This document shows positions 1 through 12,300 of a stretch of DNA of 64,000 bases, piece after piece. The notes under the pieces were generated by a model, which saw only the letters and a program-made list of their open reading frames with translations, did no database searches and was not told the DNA's origin. The DNA is from Paraspadella gotoi (Eukaryota > Animalia > Chaetognatha): positions 5,317,210-5,381,209 of the forward strand of contig CM119266.1 in the NCBI GenBank assembly GCA_051294375.1, read 5' to 3'. The first letter of the stretch is position 1, and each line of letters begins with the position of its first letter. The position numbers and the translations under genes were made by a program.

Positions 1-368
1 GAAAGAATCTTTAACTTTCTCTCGCCCAATATGGGGATAATCTATTTATTGGTCAGTTTTAAAGGTAGCGTAATCTTTTGTTTTTTTCAAAAAATTCGAA
101 TCGATTGTTTTGCCACCTACCGAGCCATTGACGAGGTCTTCCAAAAACAAAGGAACAAACGGAGTCGCTGAGTCCGAATGCAATCATCGTGTATCCGCAT
201 ATTTATCCTCTCTNNNNNNNNNNNNNNNNNNNNNNNNNAACTTTGATATAATTTTTTTCAACAAGGGGCAAAAGAACTATTTGCTCTTCTCTCGTTTAAT
301 CAATAAATCAATCAATAAATGAATCAATCAATCAACCCTCTCTCTCCCCCCTTTCTCTAATCCTCTAG

Positions 369-1185
369 CCCTGTACGGCGTCCTCTTCATGAAGAATCAA
401 GAGGCAGGATTCGCCAATTATCGCCTCTGGGAATCGACGGGTTTCATCATCGCTTTCATCTACGCGGATCTCATTTCCATCCAAACTAAAATCTTCGTGC
501 TCATCCTCGTTTTGGCCGCTGGAATGTCAGGTTGAGTTAATTGATTGCGGTTAATCGGTTAATTTAATTAATTATTAATTAATTAATGACTTAATTAATC
601 TGGTCGTTTTGTGGGTCGGTTTGCTAAACTGTTCAAGATTTAAATGGTTTTAAGAAATAGGCGTTCAACCGATTTAAAATTTGTCAGTCATTTAATAAAT
701 AAACTATCTTGTCACTGACTTTGGATGATGGGCTAACTTATGAATCCCTCTTACAGGATACTGGAAGCTTTTAATCAAGACTCTCTCTCAGTCTATTTAT
801 TAACTCCCTGAGTTCCTGGCTTCCATGTCAAAGTGTTACGAGCTGTTTCAATTGTTTGATTATTGTGTGTTTTTACAAGTGTTTTTTAACCGAATTTCTG
901 GCAAACGCGTTTGCAATTTGGGTAGTCAGATTTGAACGGAATTCTCTATTAGAAAAATGTTGAATTTTTTTTTAAGCGAGATTCTCGTCTACTATAATGG
1001 TAGTTTAAGTTTATTCGTTCATCCAATGTCTACCGATTACTAAGCCATAAAGTTTTTCATTTTTTTTTTTAATCTTAGGTTATTTCTTGATCGAAGTTCG
1101 AGAGCGATTTCTCAAAAAATCGAGAGACGAACAAAATACTCAAACTGAAGCCAAAGAATCCAACGGAGAAACGACTGAATTTTAA
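369..1185 (+). CDS. UNC93A: UNC-93-like (UNC93A-type) MFS membrane protein, last two exons (369-530, 1079-1185); 5' part is upstream or in the gap
   Basis: Spliced translation ALYGVLFMKNQEAGFANYRLWESTGFIIAFIYADLISIQTKIFVLILVLAAGMS-GYFLIEVRERF...ETTEF* matches the UNC93A C-terminal motif ALYGVLF...AFANYRLWE.LGFVIAF; canonical AG/GT boundaries with consistent phase 1. Confidence 0.9.
695..860. repeat. Diverged dispersed repeat, second copy at ~48527-48723
   Basis: Shared collinear blocks TAAATAAACyATCTTG...CTCTTACAGGATA...AAGCTTTTAATC...TTAACTC...GAGT.CCTG...TGTTTCAATTGT.TGA, both in introns. Confidence 0.6.
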
Positions 1186-1621
1186 TTTGTAATATTTGTC
1201 CCTATTAACTAATTAGTTTGTTTATACTTTATGTATATGAATTCAATTAAACTTAAACATAGAAACTATATAGAGTTACANNNNNNNNNNTAGAAATTAT
1301 TATCTCGCTACTTTTGAGCCAGGGTTGAGAAAAATTAAAACAACAATTTCGTCGTCGTCATTAATCACAATCTTTATCTAAATTTCGTTTCTAAGCTAAT
1401 TTGGCAACACGTAAATATTTCAAGACCACAAAAAAACAAATACACAAAACTAACAAATAAAACAAAATATAACAAATCCGCATACAAATATTTAAAAACT
1501 AAATCTTCGAATTTTTCGATCGTGTTCAAAAGTAAAACAAAAAGATAAAAAAAAAATCAGAATAAAAACATTAATACTGGTTCGTTCTTTAAAAGATATT
1601 TGCCGCTCGGAAAATTAAAGT

Positions 1622-2353
1622 TTATGCTTCGGAGATTTCGAAAGAGAATCGGCCGGAAGTTGCGCCGTCGCCGCCGCCGCCGCCGCCGCGTCGTCCGTCT
1701 ACATCAGATTCCCTCGTCTCGTCTCCATCCACATAATCATCTCCCCTCCGCCCATCTTCCTCTTCCTCCTCCTCTCTCACTCCCTCTCTCCCGCCACGCC
1801 CACTCTTCCCACAACAACAACAACGCCGACAAGACCGGCGCCAATTCCTCCAAGCGGCGCCGACGACGCCGGGCGCGTGGAGGAGGAGGAGGAGGAGGAA
1901 GAGGTGGAGGCAATGGATGAAGAAGAGGAGGACGAAGACACCGACGAGGTGATGAGGAAGAAGGAAGACGAGGGGACCGACGAGGAAAGAGCGTGGGTGG
2001 GGAGGAAAGGGGGAGGAAGAGGAGGAGGAAGAGGGGGAGGAAGAGGGGGAGGAAGAGGAAGAGGGAGTGACGGGGGCGTCGGTCAAATCCACCGTGGCGT
2101 TAAAAGTGGCGTTGGCGTTGTCGTTGGCGTTGGTTGACGCTGAGATAGAGATGGAGGAAGTTTCGAGCAACGAAGTCGCTTCGGGTGAGGAAGGTAAGTT
2201 CGAGAGTTTCGTCCGTTGGAAAGTTTTGACGATTGTTTCTGTTCGAGGAAAAGTTGAATGGAAAGTTCATTTGTGGACGAAATCTCACCCAAAGATTATT
2301 GATTTGAAATCATACAAACAAGTTTTTAATATTCGATATTTTCCAGACTCGTT

Positions 2354-2386
<33 letters not shown>

Positions 2387-2539
2387 CTCTCTCTCGCCTC
2401 TATCAAAACACCCCGATGTCATTCACAAACTCTCACCGCTTGCGTGATCGTGAACGGCCAACGACAACCACGAGATTGCCAATGACGTCATCACCAGGAA
2501 AAATAAAATCTGAACGCAGGTTCGACGAAACTTGTGTTT

Positions 2540-2588
<49 letters not shown>

Positions 2589-4402
2589 TCCCTCGACGCC
2601 CTCATGCAGACGAAGATTCCTTCTTCCGAATTATCGCCGTTGCGAAGAACTAAAATCTCATTTGCATATAAGAGTAGGATGAGGGTTATAGCGGCGGGAT
2701 GCTCTAGAGAGGCGAAGAGGCCGATCGTGGCTGGGTAGCCTGTTGTGAGAGGTGAGAAGGAGAGAGAGGAAGAATGAAAATAATAGTTTCAAATTAAGCG
2801 ACCAGGAATTAAACCTAAAAGGAGAGAGAAAGAGAGGGTCCGAGGGAGAGAAAAGATGAAAAAGAGACAGGGAGAGGGATAAAAAGAGAAATTCAGAGAA
2901 GAGAGAGAGAGAGAGAGAGAGAGTCACAGAGAAAAATCCTCAATCTTCAACCCGCCCCCCCCCTTCGTCTCACCGACGGTCAGACGTGACGGGCCGTAAA
3001 GAACGAGGAAGCAAGCGTCAGCACCGGGAGACGCTTCGTCCGCTTGACGCCGCCGACGCGACGACGCAGCGGACGCCGCCGCTTCAGCCCTAAGGCCGGC
3101 GTCGATGCAGGCGCCGCCCAAGCGGGAGAAAGTGGAGAGAGAAGCTAAGAGAGAGACGACGACGACAGTGGCTTGAAGGACGTTGACTCCCGAGGAGAGA
3201 GAGGCGATGTAGATCTGTTGATTGGTTGATTGATTGATTGGTTGATTAATTTATTACATGATTGATTAAATATATTATATATTCAATGAATGATTATTCT
3301 CTCCATTATTTAATTGATTGCTCGACTGAATAAAAGATTTATTAACTGGCTGATTCATCTATCAATTGAATGATAGATTGATTAATTATTGATAGATTGC
3401 TAAGAGATAATAGCTGTTTGAAACATTGATAATTGGTTATTTAATGAGTGATAAATCTGTCGAATGATTGATTGATTGATTGGTTAATTTATTTATTCGA
3501 CTTTGATTTCGCGACCTGCAACGTCAACTGCGGCATCGTGTGTATCTGCACTTCCAAAAAATCCAAGATGGCCGCCTGCTTGTTCGCCAGAGCGAGGCTG
3601 CTCCTCCGCCCGGGCGAATCCGGTTCCCGAACGGCGCCGGTCTGCACCTCGTCCAGGATTTTGCAGAAGGCTGCGAAGCGCAGCACCGTGGCGGGGCCGA
3701 CGAGCACCGTCCAGGCGAAGAGCAGACCCGCGTGGCACCGCACGTCTCGAATGACGTCGCGATGAAGCGGAACCAATTTGATCCAGAAGTAGCCAACGTT
3801 GAGGATTCTGGAGGGAGAGGGAAAAGGGGGGGGGAATAATGTAAAATTACAATAATAATAATAAAAATTATAATAACAATTATTATAACACTGATGCAAT
3901 AACAACGACTTTAGTGTGCAAAACACAAATTGAACAAAGACAACAACAACAACAACAAAAACTAAAACACTAAAAACGAAACGACAGCAACAAAAACAAC
4001 AAATACAACATTAAAACTAGCACAATATGATAAATGACAAAAAAAAACCCAATAACAACAACAAAACAACAAGAGGCAAAATAATAACAACGAAATATCG
4101 ACAACAACAACAATCGACTCCTCCTCTACCTGACGAAGATGGGCAAGAGGATCGTCCACAGTGTCCAGTTGACGGGAGACTCGGCCGTCGCGTATTGATA
4201 TCCGAGGATAACGTCGAAGAGAAAGTGAAGGAAGAACACGGCGGCGAGCAAGAGGATAAAAAAAAAAAAAAAAAAAAACAAAAAAACAATTTTTTCTAAA
4301 AAAATCTGAGGCAAGCAACGGGCAGCGAGTGAGAAACGGCGGAAGCGAGAACAGAATGAGAGGGAGGGGCGGAACGAAGGGGGAGAGGTCCGAGGTGGAC
4401 AT
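1622..4402 (-). CDS. XK-related (Xkr/CED-8 family) multi-pass membrane protein; exons 4130-4402, 3516-3807, 2974-3214, 2437-2739, 1622-2238; two apparent frameshifts in simple repeats
   Basis: Joined translation includes FLFDVILGYQY...WTLWTILLPIFVR, LEVQIHTMPQLTLQ|IYI...VLQATVVVVSLLAFS (XK signature ESAPQLxLQLY) and a tail with DYVDG; all four introns are GT-AG and in phase; frame breaks occur only in a poly-T run (~4258-4285) and a (CT)n run (~3135-3142). Confidence 0.7.
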
Positions 4403-4431
4403 GGTGTGGAGAGAGAGAGAGGAGGAGAAGA

Positions 4432-4471
<40 letters not shown>

Positions 4472-4551
4472 GAGGAGAGAGAGAGAGGATGAGAGAGGAG
4501 AGAGAGAGAGAGAGAGAGAGTTATGAGAGGTCCGAGAGTGGACATGGTGTG

Positions 4552-4597
<46 letters not shown>

Positions 4598-6426
4598 AGG
4601 AGAGAAGAAGTTATTGAGAGGTCCGCAGTGTGGACCATGGTGAGAGAGAGGAAAGAGAACGCAGAGCAGAGCCAGAGACGATGAGGAGAGAGAAGGAGAA
4701 GAGAGAGACGAGAGATGAGAGAGAGAGCAGACAGAGAGAGAGAGAGAGAGAGTTTGAGATCATCATAAAATGGCTCAACGTTGGCGAGAAATTAGTTTCA
4801 TGTCGTTCCATGTCTTTTCATGCCACTCCATGTCTTTGATTGTCTCTCCATGTAGGGTTTCCATTGTTGAAGAAGTTTTTTTACGCAAGAAGACTGACAG
4901 AAAAATCTCTCCGGTGTGTGGACCCTCTAGTTGAGCAAAAAAAAAATTATATTTAGGTTTTAGACGTCGGAAAAATAAGCAAAAACAATGAAGCGAAAAG
5001 TAATGTTAATTTGAAACATACAGTTCGTTATGTTGTAGTTTGTTCTAGTTTGTTCTAGTTTGTTCTAGTTTGTTCTAGTTTGTAGTGATTTAAATTTCTT
5101 AAAAAACCAAACAGAAGAGAAGACATTTAACGGTTTGCATGAGACTTAACAGTTAAAAGTCTCCCACAAGGATCAGTTAAGCCCGGGTAAGTATACGGGT
5201 AAGGAAGCCAGAGAAGAAAGCGAGAGATGAGGAAGAAGATAGCTGAAACTAAGACGAGAAGGAAGAGGAAAGAAAGAAGAGGAAAAACAGGTTTTCGTGC
5301 CTTTTTTTCGGATTTGATTAAATAAAACTGACTGGACGACGACGTCGACGACGACGACAACGACGACAACGACGACGACGACAACGACGACGACGACTCT
5401 TGACCTTGAATTATGTTTAATATATAATGCTTATTTTTAATTAACTAATCAAGTTTGGATAATTTTAATTTCACTATAGCATATAAGGAATCATTGAAAT
5501 GCACAATTAATTGTTAGTTTAATTGGATGAGTTCGTTTACAAGGACTTTTTGAGTTTTTTCGTCTTCCTATTTCATAAACTTTTCCATCCTCGATCGTAA
5601 TGATCCCCGATCTTTCTGAATTATTTCTGATCACGAAAACCGGAGATTTATTCGTTCATCTCCAACGATTGGTCATTGATTTAAATTATCAACATTTCCG
5701 CGCTTTACTTTTGGAATATGATCTTTGCAATTTACAATATTTGGTTCCCTTTTATTCGTGACTGTGAAGGCGAAGTTGGTGTCTTCGTTAAGCGCAGATC
5801 ATAAAATATATACATGATATATATATATACAAGAAGCTAGAAATTAGAGTAAGCGGTAGTGTAGTATCTTCTATAATTTTTTAGCTCCTACATTAATCAC
5901 AAATACGCGATAAATTGTTTTTCGTTGTGCTCAACCTGTGTTCGTCATTTTTTGTGAAGCTGGCACCTGTGATACAGGGAAGTGCAATTATCACTAAAAA
6001 TATACAGGATATGTAAAATTCTAAGTATACTATTTGCGTGCGAGGACTTTAAAACATGAAATTTTAATGTTTTTTTAACGTTTGTTTTCATTTAATCGCA
6101 AGCATGTAGAGAAAGTTCGATTTCAAAGTTTTACTAGGAATTAAAAAAAAAATTAAATAGTTGGTGTAAACTATTTTAACTTATTTTATGATCTGCATTA
6201 AAGTCAGTCTTTTTCTGTACTTCATAGATTTTAGAATATTTGACATTGTTATTTGAAGAATAAATGTTTTCCTAATGAATTTTACGGATATTTCTCGAAC
6301 TTCCAATAATATTTTTATTTACCGAATTTAATTAATCAATTTAAACATTGAAATTAATTTTGTCTGAGAGATACCGCTTAGACTTGACAGCTGCTGAACT
6401 AAAAAGATTTCACGATAAATACTTAA

Positions 6427-6609
6427 GAAAAACAATTTTTAAATTCGACAACGATTATATTTGACAGATTTTTACAGTCGTACATGTTTCGACTCTCTTT
6501 TAAGAGCCTTCATCAGCGTTTATTATAGAGAGCGTCAATTATAATAGTGGTCGAATTTAAAAACTGTTTTTCCCAATTACAAACGCAACGAAAAGAAAGA
6601 ATTATAACG
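6427..6609 (-). mobile_element. 183-bp non-autonomous insertion (Penelope-like/retrozyme-like) with 39-bp inverted arms and a 15-bp target-site duplication
   Basis: Direct repeat ACGATAAATACTTAA at 6412-6426 and 6610-6624; inverted arms 6427-6465 and 6534-6572 (4 mismatches in 39) enclose a hammerhead core. Confidence 0.7.
6478..6520 (-). ncRNA. Minimal hammerhead ribozyme motif (Penelope-type)
   Basis: Minus strand reads CG-CUGAUGA-A-GGCUCU-UAAAAG-AGAGUC-GAAAC-AU-GUA-CG: conserved CUGANGA and GAAA core, 6-bp stem II, palindromic stem III (ACAUGU), GUA cleavage triplet; stem I is only 2 bp. Confidence 0.65.
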
Positions 6610-7369
6610 ACGATAAATACTTAAAATTATTTATTGTTTTGAGAAAAAATGACCGTTTTATTTGAGTGGGAAAAAAATTTATAAAATTTATAGATAGCCT
6701 ACATCTGACTGAAAACATATTTTTTATATAAATTTAGTTTTAATTGAAGCATGTATGTAAAAAGCACCTCCAAAAGCAAAAAATACCTCCTTCTTTTAAT
6801 GTCATCTCATGCACACTGCACAGTTAATATTAAGATGAAAACGTGCATTCTCATAATGGAATACAGTGAAAGAAAAAAAAGAAAATTAATAATTTTCTAT
6901 ATATTTTGACATATGTTTATTTTCAGTAATAATACCTCATTACTTTTTCTTACTATCGACTAAAGTATAAATGCTTATAACATTAGCCACTTAGGCATTA
7001 AGGCTTTTAAAAGTTTGGTCAAAGGATGTTTGGAATTCTTAAGCTGTGAACCAAAACCCCGCATTGTGTAAGTCGTCTATAACATTGATGAGGCTAAACT
7101 GATTAAACTCGTCCAAAAGGGAAATATTCTTTATGAAAAATAGCAAGATACTTGTTTTACTATATTAGACTTTATAATTTTTTATTAAAATTTACAAATA
7201 AATTTAAAAATTTAATATATTTCCCTTTAGTGTAAAAGATTCTAGTTTTGACAACGAATTTTATTTTTTATTTCACTATATATTCGATTTAATTATATTC
7301 TTTATATAATGTGTATTAGAGCGTAGCGAGAGTTATGTACGGAAATTCTAAAAAAAATTATGAACAACT

Positions 7370-8540
7370 TACCATCAGTGAACATTAATTTGTAAAAAAA
7401 AAAATAATATTATGTTTTTTTAATTTTCGCAGTAGGCCATATTTATATATAGTACTATCCTTATAAAATCGAAAAATTTCAAAATAGGCTTTTCTTAATT
7501 TTGATTGCAGATTTGAATTCCTCGTCAAAAGTTGATAAAAGAAAATATAAATCATTTTTAAAAATTCTTTTATTAAGTGGGTTAAAAATTTAAAAAATTA
7601 TATTTAATATATAAAAAGTTAATTTTCAGCTTAAAATATAGCTTTTTCTAATTTTTGACCCACTTAATGAAGGAATTTTTCAAAAAGAGTTATATTTCTG
7701 TGGCGGACGGATACTAATGGCCACGTTCGTTACAATCTCAAGTTTCATAAGTTCGTTCAAATAATAAAAATGTTTCCAAGAACAAAAATGTTTATTGTTC
7801 AGTTGTAAAATAGACCTTAATAAAATAATCAAAGCATATAGATATTCACTGCTTTTGTCAGCAAGCAATTAGAATACCTATATGTCTCAACAATGCAATA
7901 ACAATTAATAAACATCATTAATTAGCTAATAATCATTAACGAGTAATATTGATCTGAAGACTGATGTAGAACAAAATCCTTTGTGAAAAGGAAAGGAATC
8001 AGTTAAGGTAAAAATGGAAACAATAAAATTGCTACTAGTGTGATCTAGTATAACATAGGTAAATGATGATGATGTCCTTTTGTTTGGACATGATTATGTT
8101 AACATACTATCATAATACAATGTATTTGGAATATTTATTGTTAGATGTTGAAGTGGTGAAAACCACTGGGTCATAGTTCTTGGATTATAAGTCCCGGGAT
8201 CGAATCCGGGAGATGACTCTTTTTATTGTGATTCAATTAAATCGTTTTAGGGGAATATGTATGTAAATTAAGAGTTTGTTTATTTACAAGGCTAATTGGT
8301 AATTTGTCCCCTTCTCAGGCCCCGAAAGCAAGAAGCCGGGATCAAATCCCACATTTCTTTTTATCAACTTTTTATGACGAATCCAAATCTGCAAAAAAAA
8401 AAAAAAACTTAGAAAAAACTGTTTTGAAATTTTAACATTTATTGGATTAGTACTAGTATAAATATGGCCTACTGCATAAATTGTAAAATTTATTATAAAT
8501 TTTTTATTACATAAATGTTCATTAGTTTAATGTTGTTCGT
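7370..8540. mobile_element. Degenerate fold-back/MITE remnants: arm ~7370-7548 is the inverted copy of ~8352-8540; internal hairpin 7553-7685
   Basis: GCAGTAGGCCATATTTATA..TAGTACTA / TAGTACTAGTATAAATATGGCCTACTGC; TTGCAGATTTGAATTC...AAAAGTTGATAAAAGAAA / TTTCTTTTTATCAACTTTT...GAATCCAAATCTGCAA; ATTAAGTGGGTTAAAAATT / AATTTTTGACCCACTTAAT. Confidence 0.6.
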
Positions 8541-9249
8541 TCCTCACATTTAGAATTTTAATTAAAGTTAAATTTAGAAATTTTACTACGCCTTAATGTG
8601 TATTCTTTTATAATGTAATGGGGAGAGGGATGTTAGTGTTGTCTGCAAATAGAAGGAGCATCTGTACAACACAAAGTTAAAAGCTACTTTCTGCCCTAGT
8701 TTTCTATTTAGACATCATTCTTGTTAAATGTTAATAAGTCTTTTATTGAATATTCAAAATATCTAAAAGTCTGAACAGCAAGGGGTGGAGCGGATAATTT
8801 GTTATGGGATTAAGGTTATTTATGATTCGTTATTTTTTGAGGGTTAAGACTCCAAAGTAGATTTGTATGTTCTGATAGGGATGTATGTAATTCTTAATCC
8901 ATAGTAGCTGTAATTCTTGCTAAAAAGTAGCATATACCTATTTCAAATCGGTATAAAAAGTATAATAATGTCAACAACTTTTTAAAATTGTTCATTTAGA
9001 ACAAATTCTTAAAAAAATTTATTGTCAACCCTCTTAATATTCTAAATTTTATAATTTATAATAATAATATAATTCATAATTTATATATTTATATGTATAT
9101 ATTTTACAAGTGTACGCATAAATTGATAGCGACCGATAGAGAATGAAAATATATATTCAAATTTTTACTAATCATTAAAACCTTAAAGTTGCTTTAATTT
9201 TATGGAATTTTTTTGACATAAAGATAATATTTCTTTTTCCCTGAGGGGC

Positions 9250-9256
9250 TATAAAA
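9250..9256 (+). promoter_or_regulatory. TATA box of the 1065-aa gene
   Basis: GGGGCTATAAAAAG about 80 bp upstream of the ATG, with initiator-like TCAGACAGT about 28 bp downstream. Confidence 0.6.
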
Positions 9257-9331
9257 AGATCAACGGAGATTTTATCTCAGACAGTACTTGGCCTTAAGAG
9301 CCGAATTGTCGCTAATAGAAATTCACTAATC

Positions 9332-12300
9332 ATGAAAGTGACGCTTGTCCTATTCGCTCTCTGTATTTGCGTCGTCTTTCAAGGCGCTCTGGGCAGAAAA
9401 GGATTTAAAGCGATTAAAGCTATTTCTGAATATACCTTGTCCAAACGCAATGCGCAGACATTTAGCACCGACCCTATGTGCGGAGGCTTCTGGAGTGGAC
9501 ACATCAATGCCAAAGAAGGATTGAGAAAAGATTGCTGCGGCTCCGGATGTTCGTGGGAAGAGAGATGTGAATACGCGGAATGGTGCGGATGGCATAAGAC
9601 TGGTCAGCTATTGTGCGAGCTCTCTATTAAAGAAGGCAACAGTTGCACCTGTCAAGCGCGAGCCGGATTTGATTACGAATGTTCATCACAATCCTACACG
9701 AAAGAATGTCTCTGCGAAACCGGAAGCAATTTGTGCGACTCGGGAAGGAAATGTTTTTCGCAGGAGGAACATTGCAACAGTGATAACAATTGCGGCAACT
9801 GGAAAGATGAAGAAGGCTGCACAATTACAGAAGGTCAGAGAATCGAACTGGAATCTGGAATCCCGGGTGTTTCCGGCAATGTTCTCGTCGGTGGACGGCC
9901 AGTCTGTGACCACGGGTGGAACGATAATGCGGCAAAAGCTGTTTGCAAGATATTGAAAATAGGTGAAGATGTGGCCGCGCTTTCCACTACAGGTAGCTTT
10001 TTTGGCGAAGTTGCTACCCAATTCAGAATGAACGATGTGCAATGTCAAGGAAATGAAGACGATCTCAGCTCATGCAGACACACGACTATCTCGAAATGTA
10101 ATTCTCTTGACGGTGCCGGCGTCCACTGCATCAAACCAACCACATTAGATTTAACGCTTAATTCAAAAAAGCGACAAGTGGGAGAAGGATTTGTTAATTT
10201 TGGCCAATATTCCGCATGTCTCGACAACTGGGATTGGAAAGCGAGCCAAATAATTTGCAATCAGTACAACAATTCTGAGGTAAATATCAGTGGAAACATC
10301 CCAGTTTTTGCCGCAACTGGTTTTGATTTTGATTCGAGCGACAGATTTGTGATTCAAAAATTGGGATGCACAGGAAAGGAAAATTATTTGACTGAATGTC
10401 CCAAGTTTTCTGTTGTCGCAAAAGAATCTTGTAAAAGTGGAAAGAAAGTCAAGATTCAATGTGCAAAATGCTTAACAAAAGAGTTAGTTGATGTATTACA
10501 AATGGTAGAAATGTCGCCTGAACTCGATGAAATTGAAGCTTCTGTGTTAAATGCACAGAATGAGCTGAAGAGAAAGTGCTACAATTGGGATTGCTCAAAA
10601 GTATTTGGTTCTCATCCGTTTTACTGCAAAACCAAAGCCACATTGGATGATTTGAAGCTCGTCTTGGAAAACAGAAGAAAAGAGTTCTCCTTGACAAATA
10701 AGTTTAACGAACTTGAAGAGCTGAAGCACAACTTTATAAAATCTGAGTTTGGCGAACTGCAAGACAAACTGAAGGACATGACAAAATTCATGACAGGTTT
10801 TCAAAAAAGCCTATCAAAGTTTTTCTATCAATCTGCCGAATATCAAAGAAAAAGGCTCGAATCGGAGATAACGAGTCTTCGTTCGATATTGAATGAAACA
10901 GTGAAAGCAAAAACTATAGAAGAGGAGGCTTTCGAAAAAGAAGCCGACAATTTAATTCACAAAGCCAAATTTTGGCAAGGTGCCAAGCTGTTATGGAATA
11001 TCTTTAGTATTATCAAAAATACGGCGGAACTTATTTTCGAGGAAAACCCAAAAGCTCCGAAAAAAATAATTCAAGACGTCAAGGGAATTGTCAGTTCTAG
11101 TAAGAATCTTATAGATGTTAATTTTTTGTCTGATTTAGTCCCAAGATTTGCCGAAACTACTGAAAATATAGCGAAAAGGATGGAGAAAAATCAGAAACCA
11201 ATAATTGCTTTAAACGAGCTACTACGTGATGGTAAAGATATGAATTTTACTAAGGCAAAAACGTATGTTACGCTCACAATAAAAAGTCCTTACAATGCGA
11301 CTGATTTAGCGGATATACAAGGTTATTTAAACGATATTGTCAATGGATTATGTAATATTATAAAGAATATTCCACACTCCGCCGAATATTGCCATAATGC
11401 AAATTTTAGAGCAAGAAGGGTTATTGCTACTCATAGAAAGTGTCACGATACATTTTTAAGAATGGCAAATTATATAAAAGAAATAGCCAAAACAAAATTA
11501 CAGGTACATTTATCACAAGAAATGGCTGCAACACTGAAAAATAGCTTGGGCAATCACGTAACTCTAGAAATTGCAAAAATACAATCAACAATACTTATAC
11601 GCTTACAAAAAATTCACATAATTGAAGCAGTATGTCAAAAAATGAAATACATGAATCACAATAAGGATTTCGATGTTTGCACAAACTTACGAAAAAATAT
11701 GGATGGAGATTTGACTGAGCTGATGGGCTTTGACTTTACAAGAGATATGTGCAAGGACTCAAGCGTGAGACACGGTGATTACAACATTCCAATATCATTT
11801 GAAAAATCCGACTCGGAAGGTTTCGAATTTGATCTCACTAAGGTATTTCAAAATCCTGACGTAGAGGGGCAAATTTATTTTCGTATACCAGACAATAACT
11901 GGTTGCTGACAAACGGTTGGATCAACAAACATACTTTAAAATCCGGATTATTCTTTCTCAAGAGAATTCAGCTAGTACTACCACCTATTTTCAAAGAAGA
12001 AGGATTGGAAATTACCACAACATTTTCATTGATTAGGAATGCTATCGGCAACGATACATGGAATTTCAAAGAGAGAAAAATAGCAAGAACAGATGTTTCA
12101 ATGAATTCTGAATGCGATGAAGAATATAAAAAAAATAATCCATACAATCTACCTGATTGTCCGAAAAATCATCCCATCTGTGTTACATCTGATGGAACAT
12201 TTTCCGGACCCATTTATCCAAGTCTCGTGAACTCTTTGTACAGAATTACGTTTGAGGTCAATAAACCGACAAAAGTGAAAATTCCTCTGCCGACAACCAA

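Noticed and set aside
8145-8352. tRNA gene suggested by B-box-like GGATCGAATCC and GGATCAAATCC
   Set aside because: No cloverleaf or acceptor stem can be folded; at most SINE-head remnants (similar fragment near 18690-18720)
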